The notes below the pieces were generated by a model that was not told where the DNA came from, did no database searches, and saw only the letters and a list, made by a program, of their open reading frames with translations. Of a stretch of DNA of 20,000 nt, positions 1 through 9,620 are shown in pieces. The stretch comes from an uncultured virus (IMG/VR IMGVR_UViG_3300009130_000017) (taxonomy: Duplodnaviria; Heunggongvirae; Uroviricota; Caudoviricetes): positions 57,130 to 77,129 of the IMG/VR virus record IMGVR_UViG_3300009130_000017; one strand, given 5' to 3'. Both the position numbers and the translations under genes were made by a program. Numbering within the stretch: position 1 is the first letter of the stretch; each line of letters starts with the position of its first letter.

Positions 1-1
1 A

Positions 2-3000
2 GTTCTGTCTGAGCGTGCCGCAATGCTTGATTCTCAGGCGAAGCAATTGTCTGGTCAAGTGCAGCTTGCTGCTGAATTATGTAAAGCATTAGAATGTAAA
101 GATCTCGACCAGGTTGCTTCTAGACTTGAAGAAATAAACGCTGGTCTGCAAGATGCCGCTAGCAATGCGACTGATTTCTCCAACGCTGGTGGAGAGATTC
201 AAGATAGCATGGATCAAGCTGGTGAAGGTGCCCAAGGTGCAATGGGCAAAGTAAGCGAATTCGTAAAAGAGCTTGGTGCCTCAAAAGCCGCAGCCGCCGG
301 AGCCGCCGTAGGAATTGGTAAGGGTATGAAGAGCGCCGGCGCCTCTATACAGATGGCTGCTGCTAGCGCAATTCAGATGGCCAAGAATTTGGCTGCTGTT
401 GGTAAGTCCATTATATCAATGCCGTTTAAGATGCTTGGTGGCTTAACTGAGATGGCTACAGCTGGTGGCGGAGGCGTGAGTGCCCTAAAGCAAGAAATGG
501 AGAAAGTTCGCGGGGAATTTGGTGACCTCGCAACAGGAGAAGGTAAAGCGGTCATCGATGGCTTTAACGACCTTACTTCTGCTAGCGGTGCTCTGGCTCA
601 AAGTGGCCTCAATGTTTCTCAAGTGTTTGGGCGAGGTTCAGCGGGAGCAGCAGCGGCATTAGCAGCAGTGTCCGAGATCGCGCAAGAAGCCGGTAGTTCC
701 TTCCACATGCTAAGTGAGTCCATAGCCGAGAATGCCGGCCAGATGGTCATGTTGAATAAGGGCCTTGGTATGTCCAATGCTGCGCTGGTCGAGATGACCA
801 GACAGGCTCAGAACTCTGGTCAAGATGTCGGTGAGATGTTAACGGCTACTGCTTCTATGGCGATCCAAATGGGTGACAAGTTTGGAATCTCTGCGAAGAC
901 CATGGGTAAGAACATGGCGTCCCTTACAGAGAACTTCGAAAAGCTTGGTAAGATGAGTACCAAACAGCTTGGTGCAACAGCAGCATACATGGCTAAATTA
1001 GGTCTTGAAGCAACAGACTTGCTTGGTGTTGTTGATAAATTTGATAACTTTGAGGGTGCAGCTGAATCGGTATCTATGTTGAATCAATCAATGGGAATGC
1101 AGCTTGATACGATGGAAATGATGAATGCTGAAAATCCAGCTGAGCGGATCGATATGATGCGTGACGCATTCCATGAGACCGGAAAATCAGTTGATGATTT
1201 AACACGACAAGAAAAAGCGCTGATGGCTGAGCAAATGGGTCTTTCCGTTACAGCAATGGAAAATGCACTAGCAGCTGAGAATCAAGGCGTTTCTTATGAA
1301 GACCTGGAAGCCGGCGCAGAGGAAGCTGAAGACCAAGCTCTCACTCAAGAAGAAGCGATGTCAAAGCTAGCTGATTCTATTGAGAAGATGACAGAGGGTG
1401 GAGGATCAGGCGTTCAGGGATTCTTTGACGCATTTTCTAAGGGCTTTATGAAGGGGCTTAAGGACTCAAAGGCATTTCAAGATGTTCTAAAAGCTATTCG
1501 TAAAGCGTTGAAGATTGTTTTCCAGTTTGGTAAGCAAGTTGGTAAAATGTTTGCTGATCTTATGGGCGACATGGGTGTATGGGACGGTATCAAAGACTTG
1601 TTCGACCCCAAGGACCTTCGTAATTTAATGGGGATCGATGAGAAGGGCGGCCTAACCGGAACAGGATTATTAGGCATTTTTAAGAAATTCAAAGATGCGC
1701 TATCTGGAAAAGGGAACTACAGCCCGCAGCGAATGGCTGAAGATATGGGGAAAGAGTTCTCGAAGTTCTTCAGCGCAAAAGGGCCGGCATTTGCCAAGCT
1801 AAAAGATGCATTCGCAAAAGGTATTCAAATGATTGGTGCAATGATCGCCGGATTTATACCATTTGTAATTGGCAAGATGGTCGAAATGATCAATGGAATG
1901 GCTGATGCTCTTAGAAATCCATCCGGTCTGGGGGATGCAGCTTCATCGGGAATTGGAGGCGCGATAATAGGTGCACTCCAATCGATTGGTGATGCTTTGA
2001 TGGCTGCTCTTCCATCGTTGATCGGCGCGCTACTTAATCTTCTTTCAGCTGCTGCTATGAACCCAACTGTTTGGAAGGTCGCTGGAGCTTACTTTGGTTT
2101 CATGATTATGAAATCGTTGTTGGTAGGTGCAATCATGGCAGCCAAAGCAGCACTATTCCAGGTTGTCGTTGCGAAGATAGCTGGCTTAATGACTGGTGCG
2201 ACTGATAAAGCAGCTGCAAAAGCTGAGAAGGGTGGAAAGAGTGGAGGGAAGATGGGCAAGTCCTTCAAGAAGGGAATGTCCAATATGGCTGATGGCTTAA
2301 AGTCATTTGTAAAAAGAATAGCAGATATTAAGCCTGGCGATATCGTAAAAGCGATGATTAACATGACGCTAATGGCTCTTTCGTTTCTTCCGGCCATGGC
2401 AATATTTGCTCTTGGGTTAGTGATGGTCGCCGCCATTCTATCGATGATTAAATTCACCACACTTATTAAGGGTCTTGTTGGAATTGCTTTAGGCGCGTTA
2501 GCAGTACAGATTGTTGTTAGTGCAGCTATGCTAATTCAGCCTGGGATGGTTGTGCCTGCATTGATTGGTTTACTCGCAGGTGCCCTCTTGCTTGTGGTTG
2601 GTGGTACAGTCTTTACTTTAGCTATGGGAGTGATTGGCACGGTCGTAGGGGCCGTTGGAGTTGGTACAATCATGATGGCCGCTGTTGGTCTGGCGGCGAT
2701 GGCTATCGGTGCGATCGCTGTTGCGTATGCCATCATTCCATTTTCAATCCTTGGCCTCCTTTACCCACTTGCGATTCTCGCTGCGATTGGACTTGTGGCC
2801 GGTGCTTATATGCTGGCAGCTGGTGGTGTCGCATTTACAGAAGCAGTGGGGGAGATCGGTAATGCTGTTAAGGGCGTCGGTCTTGGAACGATGGCCATGG
2901 CTGCTGTTGGTCTTGCTGTTCTTGCAATAGGCGCTATTGCTGCTGCCGCCGCCGCATACGCATTCGCCCTTGGGCTTCCATTCTTTGGCCCCGGTATCGG

Positions 3001-5521
3001 TGGAGCCATTTTAGGTAGTATATTCTTGCTGGTTGGCGGTACCGCGTTTATGATATCAGTGGCATTCTTTAGCGAAATTATTAAAGGTATAAAGTTTGGA
3101 CCCCTAATCGTCGCGATGCTTGCGTTAGTCATTCTTACAGCTGCAGCTGTTGGGGTTGCCATGTTGATGACCTACGGCATCGGGGCCTTTGCTACGGGTA
3201 TTGCTGGTGCTATTATAGGCTCCATTTTCATGTACTTCATGGCGACCATGTTTTTACCAAAGCTAAAAGAAGCCGCAGCTGTATTCCCTGAAGATATGGT
3301 AGGTATGGCGATGAATATGCTGCAGCTTGCTATTATGTTACTTCCGACCATCGGCAGCGCGTGGCTTATGGGAGCTGGTATTCAGGCGTTTATTTTGGGA
3401 TCGATTGGAGCGGTAACGGCAACGATTTTCTTCGAATTATTGGCTACATTGGCTTTACCAGCTATAAAGAAAGCTGCTGCTGAATTTCCTGAAGACATGG
3501 TAAAGGCGGCAATTGACATGGGGCTTCTTGCTATCATGCTTGGCTTCGCTGCTTTGGCTGGTTTAGCTTTCTCATACGGCGCAATACCGATGTTAATAGG
3601 ATCCCTCGGTGCCATCACATCAGTGGCATTCTTCAATGCTCTATCCAAGTTCTTTATACCAGCATTTAATAAATTCATGGGGAAAGTGGATACTAACACA
3701 ATTCTCGAAGGTGCAAAAGTTATGGCTGCGCTTGCAGTTGTAATGGTCGCCGCGGCCCTAATGGCTGTGCTATCATTGGTGATGATAATCTTTGCGAACC
3801 CAATTGTTCTTTGGCTTGCTGGAAAAGGACTAAAGGGAACAGCAAAATTCCTCGATGCCCTAGTCGAGCACTTAGGTCCAGCAGTAGAGGCTCTTGCAAA
3901 AATGAAGGTCGGGGATCCAAGTAAGCTAAAAGATCTTGTTCAAGCCATCGGCATGATTCTTCAAGCACTTGGTGAAAATGTTGATGTTGTTGTGAAAGTC
4001 GCAATGATCCAGGGATTCTCAAATATGTCTGGTAGCGAACAAAATATTCTAGCAGATGCTCAGAAGTTTATGGAAGCAATGTTCAAGGGGATGACAGGAC
4101 TGTTAAACACTCTTAAGGCAATGGTTGCCAGTATGAAGCCGGAAGACATCGAGAAGATGGAGGCCATAGGTGGTCTCTTGGCAGCAATCGGAACGTTAAT
4201 GACAGCTTTACAACCCCCTCCAGCGTTAATGGACGCGATTGCTGATATGTCGAAAGGAGGCTTCTTTAAGAAAGCAAATCCGAAGGGTGCCGCCAAGGTG
4301 ATGAAACAATACGGCGAGACTATGAAAATGATCCTTGGGTCTGTTAAAGACAATATTCCTCCGATGATTAAAGAGATTCTTACGATTGATATTGGTGAAG
4401 ATCCTAAGCTTGCTGAAGCGAAGGCGAAGGTAGTTGGTGCCGCAATGACGGGTGCTGGTAAGCTTGTGGAAGCTATCGGCGGAATCGCGCAACTATTTAT
4501 GGAACAGAATCAGAGCGAAAACAGTGGTTTCTTCAGGACGGAAGGACCATCGATGGCAGACACGCTGTCATCAATGAAGCCTGTATTTGATTATATCTTT
4601 AAGTCAATTAAGGGCAATCTGCCTTCTATCGTGACAGCAGTTATAGAAGCTGTCCCAGAGGGTATCGATGCAAAGGCAGCAGAGGCGAAGATCGGAATTG
4701 TGGGTGGCGCAATGGAGGCGGTTGCAAACTTCGCTGAAGCTATTGGGGTCGTTGCAAACTTAATGCCACCAGAGGGCGGAAGCTTCTTTAAGAAGGGAAA
4801 GACCATGAGCGAGCGTCTAAATGAGATGATGCAAATCGTTAGAAAAGTAGTTAACGCTGTCAAGGCACACATTGGTCCATTGGTCAAATCAGTATTAGAT
4901 ATCCCGATTGAAGGCGATCCAAAAGCACAGCTTGCGAAATTGGAAGTCATTGGAAAGGCTATGGCCATTGTCGGGGACTTTGCAAATGTCGTAGGGCAAT
5001 TACAGGAAATGGGGACAGAGTCGATAATCGGCCTTTCAGGTACCATTGCATTAATTGTAAAAGAGATTGTAGATTCGCTAACATTTAACAGTAGTACATA
5101 CACAATGGGCGATCTATTCGTCGCATTAGCAGAGTTCAATTATCCCGCATCAGATCTAGATAAAATGGACACAGCTCTCTGCGCCATGAACAAGATGACC
5201 GAATTCGCGTCAGCAGCCTCAAATATGCAATCAGTGGCAACCGCATTTGCTGAGGGCGGCGGACTCGGAGAGGCAGTTAATCTTATGGTACAAGAAGTGA
5301 ACGCAGCGCTACTGGCCCTTAACAGCTTAGAGGCCGTCGATGCCAATGTTGCGTTAGAGAATTTTGCTGGTGCGATTGGATCGGGTGGAGGAGAATTTAC
5401 GATTACGAATGAGCCAGTCAATATTACGATCAATATGAATGTTACGATGGATGCTAATAAGGTTGGTAAAGTTCTTGTTGATAAATCTGTGATGACATCA
5501 CCATTGGCGCAGGCTGAATAG
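2..5521 (+). CDS. Phage tail tape-measure protein (probably 5'-truncated; frame is open from the window edge, first ATG at 23)
   Basis: More than 1830 aa, Ala/Gly/Met-rich and helical in character. It has a TMP-like N-terminal core (e.g. FDNFEGAAESVSMLNQSMG..., RQEKALMAEQMGLSV), a long hydrophobic repeat region and a C-terminal INMNVTMDANKVGKVL strand typical of TMP ends. It lies directly upstream of baseplate genes. No in-frame stop occurs between positions 2 and 22 (VLSERAA-M). Confidence 0.85.
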   Translation, partial: VLSERAAMLDSQAKQLSGQVQLAAELCKALECKDLDQVASRLEEINAGLQDAASNATDFSNAGGEIQDSMDQAGEGAQGAMGKVSEFVKELGASKAAAAGAAVGIGKGMKSAGASIQMAAASAIQMAKNLAAVGKSIISMPFKMLGGLTEMATAGGGGVSALKQEMEKVRGEFGDLATGEGKAVIDGFNDLTSASGALAQSGLNVSQVFGRGSAGAAAALAAVSEIAQEAGSSFHMLSESIAENAGQMVMLNKGLGMSNAALVEMTRQAQNSGQDVGEMLTATASMAIQMGDKFGISAKTMGKNMASLTENFEKLGKMSTKQLGATAAYMAKLGLEATDLLGVVDKFDNFEGAAESVSMLNQSMGMQLDTMEMMNAENPAERIDMMRDAFHETGKSVDDLTRQEKALMAEQMGLSVTAMENALAAENQGVSYEDLEAGAEEAEDQALTQEEAMSKLADSIEKMTEGGGSGVQGFFDAFSKGFMKGLKDSKAFQDVLKAIRKALKIVFQFGKQVGKMFADLMGDMGVWDGIKDLFDPKDLRNLMGIDEKGGLTGTGLLGIFKKFKDALSGKGNYSPQRMAEDMGKEFSKFFSAKGPAFAKLKDAFAKGIQMIGAMIAGFIPFVIGKMVEMINGMADALRNPSGLGDAASSGIGGAIIGALQSIGDALMAALPSLIGALLNLLSAAAMNPTVWKVAGAYFGFMIMKSLLVGAIMAAKAALFQVVVAKIAGLMTGATDKAAAKAEKGGKSGGKMGKSFKKGMSNMADGLKSFVKRIADIKPGDIVKAMINMTLMALSFLPAMAIFALGLVMVAAILSMIKFTTLIKGLVGIALGALAVQIVVSAAMLIQPGMVVPALIGLLAGALLLVVGGTVFTLAMGVIGTVVGAVGVGTIMMAAVGLAAMAIGAIAVAYAIIPFSILGLLYPLAILAAIGLVAGAYMLAAGGVAFTEAVGEIGNAVKGVGLGTMAMAAVGLAVLAIGAIAAAAAAYAFALGLPFFGPGIGGAILGSIFLLVGGTAFMISVAFFSEIIKGIKFGPLIVAMLALVILTAAAVGVAMLMTYGIGAFATGIAGAIIGSIFMYFMATMFLPKLKEAAAVFPEDMVGMAMNMLQLAIMLLPTIGSAWLMGAGIQAFILGSIGAVTATIFFELLATLALPAIKKAAAEFPEDMVKAAIDMGLLAIMLGFAALAGLAFSYGAIPMLIGSLGAITSVAFFNALSKFFIPAFNKFMGKVDTNTILEGAKVMAALAVVMVAAALMAVLSLVMIIFANPIVLWLAGKGLKGTAKFLDALVEHLGPAVEALAKMKVGDPSKLKDLVQAIGMILQALGENVDVVVKVAMIQGFSNMSGSEQNILADAQKFMEAMFKGMTGLLNTLKAMVASMKPEDIEKMEAIGGLLAAIGTLMTALQPPPALMDAIADMSKGGFFKKANPKGAAKVMKQYGETMKMILGSVKDNIPPMIKEILTIDIGEDPKLAEAKAKVVGAAMTGAGKLVEAIGGIAQLFMEQNQSENSGFFRTEGPSMADTLSSMKPVFDYIFKSIKGNLPSIVTAVIEAVPEGIDAKAAEAKIGIVGGAMEAVANFAEAIGVVANLMPPEGGSFFKKGKTMSERLNEMMQIVRKVVNAVKAHIGPLVKSVLDIPIEGDPKAQLAKLEVIGKAMAIVGDFANVVGQLQEMGTESIIGLSGTIALIVKEIVDSLTFNSSTYTMGDLFVALAEFNYPASDLDKMDTALCAMNKMTEFASAASNMQSVATAFAEGGGLGEAVNLMVQEVNAALLALNSLEAVDANVALENFAGAIGSGGGEFTITNEPVNITINMNVTMDANKVGKVLVDKSVMTSPLAQAE
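2640..3545 (+). repeat. Degenerate 67-74 aa hydrophobic repeats in the tape-measure protein
   Basis: MAAVGLA occurs at 2675 and 2897 (222 nt apart). FPEDMV...LAIML occurs at about 3284 and 3485 (201 nt apart), with DNA-level similarity (CCTGAAGAYATGGTA). Confidence 0.75.
4150..5005 (+). repeat. Degenerate 83-89 aa amphipathic repeats in the TMP C-terminal region
   Basis: EAKAKVVGAAM (4415), EAKIGIVGGAM (4682), LAKLEVIGKAM (4931), with recurring G/S-FF-K/R motifs between the units. Confidence 0.7.
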
Positions 5522-5529
5522 GAGTTAAG

Positions 5530-5769
5530 ATGAGCGATGAGAAAAAAAATGAAGAAGAGACTATAAAAGAATTAGGGGTCTCTGAAGATATCTTCGATGA
5601 ACATACTCAAGAAGAGATGGATGAAGCGAACCAAAGGGTTCTTGAGTTTTGGAAGATCGCTTTGTCACCTGAGATAGAAGCATTAGAGGCAGACCTTCAT
5701 AAACTATCAAAAGATTCTTCATTTATGAGTAAATTTGTCGCTAAAATAGTTAAAGAAGATGGAAGGTAG
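5530..5769 (+). CDS. Small acidic hypothetical protein (79 aa) in tail module
   Basis: AGGAG Shine-Dalgarno at 5520-5524 ahead of ATG 5530. It fills the gap between the TMP and the next large ORF. No recognisable motif. Confidence 0.75.
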   Translation: MSDEKKNEEETIKELGVSEDIFDEHTQEEMDEANQRVLEFWKIALSPEIEALEADLHKLSKDSSFMSKFVAKIVKEDGR

Positions 5770-5776
5770 TTTTTAG

Positions 5777-8700
5777 ATGAGTATTGATGGTATAAACGGT
5801 GAAACTTATACACCGGAGGGAACCGGGACAGATGGCCAAACCAAGATTGGCGATGATCTGACTACAGAAGCACGTGAGACCCTTGCAGCATACCTTAGCA
5901 ATCTAACAACAGACCCCCAAAATCGGAACGCTTTTCCCGTAGACCCCGCTGATCCAGTAAATGAATTTTCTCTTCGACAAGCAAATGGGCTACCGTCAGA
6001 ATTTGCAACTGGAGGGAACGATGGTACCGAAGGCTTTACAGACACAATGCCAGAAGGAACGAATTCTTCTGCGGCTGCTGTGGGCGAGTTCGATACGCTG
6101 AGTAATTCTGGTAGATTTCTTCCAGGTATAAATGATTGGTTGGATAAAAACTCTCAAGAAGATGGTCATGATCTTCTACGAGATGTGAGTTCAACGTATG
6201 AAAATGATGAGCCCGGTGTCGGTGATTCGACAGGTAGGGCTTCATTTCCCAATCCGTCTGGCGCAACTCCGATGCAGGCAAAAATTTCTCAAGTTTTATC
6301 GAACAATAATAGATTCGATCCAATGCCTACAAGCTCTCCGTATATAAGAGGTAATGAATTTACAGATGCAGGTATTCCTGTTGAGCAAGGTGCATTTGGT
6401 GTTTACAACAAAAATGCTGATAGGACCAGTATTAAAGATATGCAGAAGATCGCATACTCTGCTCTGATGAGGCAGACTGGACACAATATGGGTACGAGTC
6501 AATCTCCTACCAGCGCCGGCGCCCAGGCAGCTGCGTTGTTACCAAATGGTGTACAGATTGGCAGGAAAAAAGTCAACACATGGAAGTTGAGGCCAGTATC
6601 TGCTTATCATGCTCCAGACCGACCTCATCTTGTAGATGGTCATTTAGAATATAGCGATATAGATGGTTCACCTCTTTCTTCCCAAAAGAGCTTTGGTGTT
6701 TTGAACAATCCTTATGAACCATTTGCTTCTTTTCGTCCAGGCGCAGCGTTGGCACAAATGACAACAGCCGCCACAGCATTTGCTGAGATTGTCGCCGCTG
6801 GTACAATATTCGCTGCCATAATGACAATAATCCAAACAGCTGCGGCAACCACATCAATTGAGAAAAAGCCAGCCCAGATGAAAAAGGGACAGTATAGGAT
6901 TGCTACTGGCACTGCAAAGATGTTGAAGCAAATGGGTATTCCAGAAACTCATAATCCAATGTGGCGCTGTATCTGCTACGGTATTCTTGCATTTTTTAAG
7001 ATAGCCCCAAGTTCAGTGCCGTCGGTACCAGGTGGTGGCGGTGGTGGACCCGGACCGATCGCTTTATGGTGGTCTGCTGTTCTTTTAGGCTCTGGTGGGA
7101 ATGTATTCACACTATTTGAGTCGGCAATGAAGAGCCACGGATATTATGCGTCAATTCTTAGAAGCATAAGAAGAGACTTGAAGCAGCTTCTGGGTGATTT
7201 ATCTCCTGGTGATCCACCCGCAATGTTTAATACGATTATGCATCTTAACGATTACGCTTCATGGAGATTCTTTTGTGCACTGGCCGTGATGGGTGATAGA
7301 TTCTTAGACGCAAAAAATAAGCAATTCGCAATCGTCCCTTCTATCTCTGGTATGCCAACAAACGGCCAGACTCGACAAGCAAAATCCCGGGCGTTCGGCG
7401 GACAAAATAAACTCGTCTGGCGACACAGAGGTGTTCCCTCACTGATTCTTCTTCCACAGAAGTATGCTAACGCTTATTCTTTATATGGTTTCTTCCCAGG
7501 TTACGCTAGAAAAAATATGCGTGCGATTGGTGATAAAACGAATTCACCGGGTCAGTATTTTAATAGCCATGGACCCTCTGAGTATGGTGCTGGTCCGAAT
7601 TCACCCAGGCGTAGAAAGATAATTCAGCACGATGGTCATCGTCTACCCCAACAATATGTGACAGAGATTGAGGATGAATTAGATTCTGAGTATATGCCAT
7701 TTTACTTCCACGATCTTAGAACAAATGAAGTTATTTCATTCCAGGCGTTTATAGAAGATGTGAAAGACTCATATTCTGTTAGCTATGCAGAGTCAGCAGG
7801 TTATGGACGAATCGATCCCGTTCGTATATACCAAAATACTTCTAGAAGCATTTCTGTTACATGGACGATGGTAGCAACAGGACCGAAAGATTTTGATTCG
7901 ATGTGGTGGAGTATCAATAAATTGGTCTCAATGTGTTATCCGCAATTTTCGATGGGCAAGCCAGTCAAGGCAGGTAATAAAAAGTTTGTTATGCCATTCT
8001 CACAGATCCCGACTGCATCTCCGCTCATCCGCCTTCGTGTTGGCGATGTTTTACGTAGTAACTATAGTCGCTTTAATCTTGCTAGAATATTTGGTATGTC
8101 TGAAGCGATTCCTGCGGCGTCAGCGTATGGTAGCCCAAGTGGTACTACAATCGATAGTGATGAAGAAAGAGCGAAGTGGGAAGGCGCGCCATTCGATCTA
8201 ACATACATGGAAGAAGCCCAAGCTGCTGTTGAGATAGCAGAGGCGACTGCCGAAGCAGACGCGGCTGGTGTTGAGCTAGATATTGATATGCATTGGTTTT
8301 TTGAGCCTGACGAACATGCAGACTTCGACCATGGATTTATTCCTTTTGATACTAGTGGCCTTGGCCTCGGTGTAGCTATGATGTACGCCAATTCCGAGGG
8401 TTATACGACGTATGATATGGACCAGGATAAGTCAACTCCCGGGACTCCATACGGGCCAGATGACTGGCCTGCTCTGTTCCCTCCCCCCACTGCAACATCT
8501 GGTATAAACATCGAAGACCATGCATTCACTTCACGCACATATTCAGAAATGAAAGTGAATATCATTGGTCGCAGAGTTTCCGATGAGTATGGGGCTTTTG
8601 TGAATGCGGCAGGTGAATCAGCGGATGAGCTAAACCAAGAGACAAGTGTTAATGAAGATGTCCGTGAAGCTGGACAATACGCAGAGTATCTAGTGACCCC

Positions 8701-9307
8701 AGCAGACCCTGATGATCCTGCCGACCCTTATGGGCCAGCTTTATCAAGTAAGGGCCATACCCACGCATACGTGGTAACATCGGTGGACCTGTATCCAATC
8801 TATCCACCACCAGCCGAACCGACAGTTCCACCTGTAAATGTTACCCTTGAAGAGCAGGTATTTGATATTTATGATTTCTTTCATCCCGACAAAAATGCTG
8901 TTGTACGATCTTTCGAAGCAGCCGGTGGACGAGGCTTAGCGGGCGTCATTACCAGTTTTGATATGGACTGGAAAGAATCGCAATGGGATATGTCTGATAT
9001 TAGTAGAAGAGCTCCACAGATGATAAAGTGTAGCATCAGCTTTAGCCCAATACACGATATTGTTCCTGGCCTCGACAACAACGGCGCAATGCGCGCATAC
9101 AACTATCCAGTTGGAAAAATCAACGCCGGTCTCGCAGAAGACTTCTACAGTCCAGGTGCCGGCCGATCTGTTCCCGGCGGCCGTATGAGTATCCATCGCG
9201 GTACATACGTTGATGATGATGCAAATATCGACACACAAGAAGGGTTCAAAGATTCTGTTACTGGTGGCTATGGAGCTGGTGGTGGTGGAACCCCGGGTAC
9301 GGGATAA
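5777..9307 (+). CDS. Large baseplate / tail-tube-initiator-like protein (gp48/gp54 or CIS-tube-like domain) with long N-terminal extension and internal insertion
   Basis: The segment FQAFIEDVKDSYSVSYAESAGYGRIDPVRIYQNTSRSISVTW...KLVSMCYPQF...PLIRLRVGD (about 7691-8053) and the segment GLAGVITSFDMDW...W...APQMIKCSISFSPIHD (about 8933-9070) match the pattern I recognise for tube-initiator proteins. Gene position between the TMP and the LysM/hub genes fits. Confidence 0.65.
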   Translation: MSIDGINGETYTPEGTGTDGQTKIGDDLTTEARETLAAYLSNLTTDPQNRNAFPVDPADPVNEFSLRQANGLPSEFATGGNDGTEGFTDTMPEGTNSSAAAVGEFDTLSNSGRFLPGINDWLDKNSQEDGHDLLRDVSSTYENDEPGVGDSTGRASFPNPSGATPMQAKISQVLSNNNRFDPMPTSSPYIRGNEFTDAGIPVEQGAFGVYNKNADRTSIKDMQKIAYSALMRQTGHNMGTSQSPTSAGAQAAALLPNGVQIGRKKVNTWKLRPVSAYHAPDRPHLVDGHLEYSDIDGSPLSSQKSFGVLNNPYEPFASFRPGAALAQMTTAATAFAEIVAAGTIFAAIMTIIQTAAATTSIEKKPAQMKKGQYRIATGTAKMLKQMGIPETHNPMWRCICYGILAFFKIAPSSVPSVPGGGGGGPGPIALWWSAVLLGSGGNVFTLFESAMKSHGYYASILRSIRRDLKQLLGDLSPGDPPAMFNTIMHLNDYASWRFFCALAVMGDRFLDAKNKQFAIVPSISGMPTNGQTRQAKSRAFGGQNKLVWRHRGVPSLILLPQKYANAYSLYGFFPGYARKNMRAIGDKTNSPGQYFNSHGPSEYGAGPNSPRRRKIIQHDGHRLPQQYVTEIEDELDSEYMPFYFHDLRTNEVISFQAFIEDVKDSYSVSYAESAGYGRIDPVRIYQNTSRSISVTWTMVATGPKDFDSMWWSINKLVSMCYPQFSMGKPVKAGNKKFVMPFSQIPTASPLIRLRVGDVLRSNYSRFNLARIFGMSEAIPAASAYGSPSGTTIDSDEERAKWEGAPFDLTYMEEAQAAVEIAEATAEADAAGVELDIDMHWFFEPDEHADFDHGFIPFDTSGLGLGVAMMYANSEGYTTYDMDQDKSTPGTPYGPDDWPALFPPPTATSGINIEDHAFTSRTYSEMKVNIIGRRVSDEYGAFVNAAGESADELNQETSVNEDVREAGQYAEYLVTPADPDDPADPYGPALSSKGHTHAYVVTSVDLYPIYPPPAEPTVPPVNVTLEEQVFDIYDFFHPDKNAVVRSFEAAGGRGLAGVITSFDMDWKESQWDMSDISRRAPQMIKCSISFSPIHDIVPGLDNNGAMRAYNYPVGKINAGLAEDFYSPGAGRSVPGGRMSIHRGTYVDDDANIDTQEGFKDSVTGGYGAGGGGTPGTG

Positions 9308-9320
9308 TGGGGACTAGCTA

Positions 9321-9617
9321 ATGCCAATAAATCGATACAAGAGAGCTCCAAAATTAAGGGGTGGAAAATTTTATGGAACATGGGACGCTTGTTATATGGT
9401 AGCTGTCGCCGTCGCGTCAGGAAAGATTTCATGGAAAGGACGTGTTACGACAGAGGCCGAGCGACTCGATATTATTGCTGGTGAAATATATGGCGATGGA
9501 ACATTGTGGTGGGTCATTGCTGGAGCCAGTGGCATTGGATGGGGTTTACAGGTGCCTCCAGGAATTTATCTTAAAATTCCAACTGACATAGGTCAGATTA
9601 TGGCTCTATTAGGGTAG
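9321..9617 (+). CDS. LysM-like / P2 gpX / T4 gp53-like baseplate wedge protein
   Basis: ERLDIIAGEIYGDGTLWWVIAGASGI...VPPGIYLKIP is the R-L-D-x-I-A-x-x-x-Y-G-D-x-x-L-W-W-x-I-A...G-x-x-L-x-I-P signature. GGGGA SD-like sequence at 9309-9313. Confidence 0.85.
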   Translation: MPINRYKRAPKLRGGKFYGTWDACYMVAVAVASGKISWKGRVTTEAERLDIIAGEIYGDGTLWWVIAGASGIGWGLQVPPGIYLKIPTDIGQIMALLG

Positions 9618-9620
9618 CGC

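Noticed and set aside
5541..5550. A8 run in the small ORF as a tail-chaperone-type programmed frameshift
   Set aside because: Such frameshifts occur in chaperone genes upstream of the TMP, and no extended alternative frame appears here in the ORF track.
8054..8932. Intein or intron as the explanation for the insertion in the baseplate protein
   Set aside because: The frame is uninterrupted, and no intein splice-junction residues or LAGLIDADG/HNH motifs were seen.
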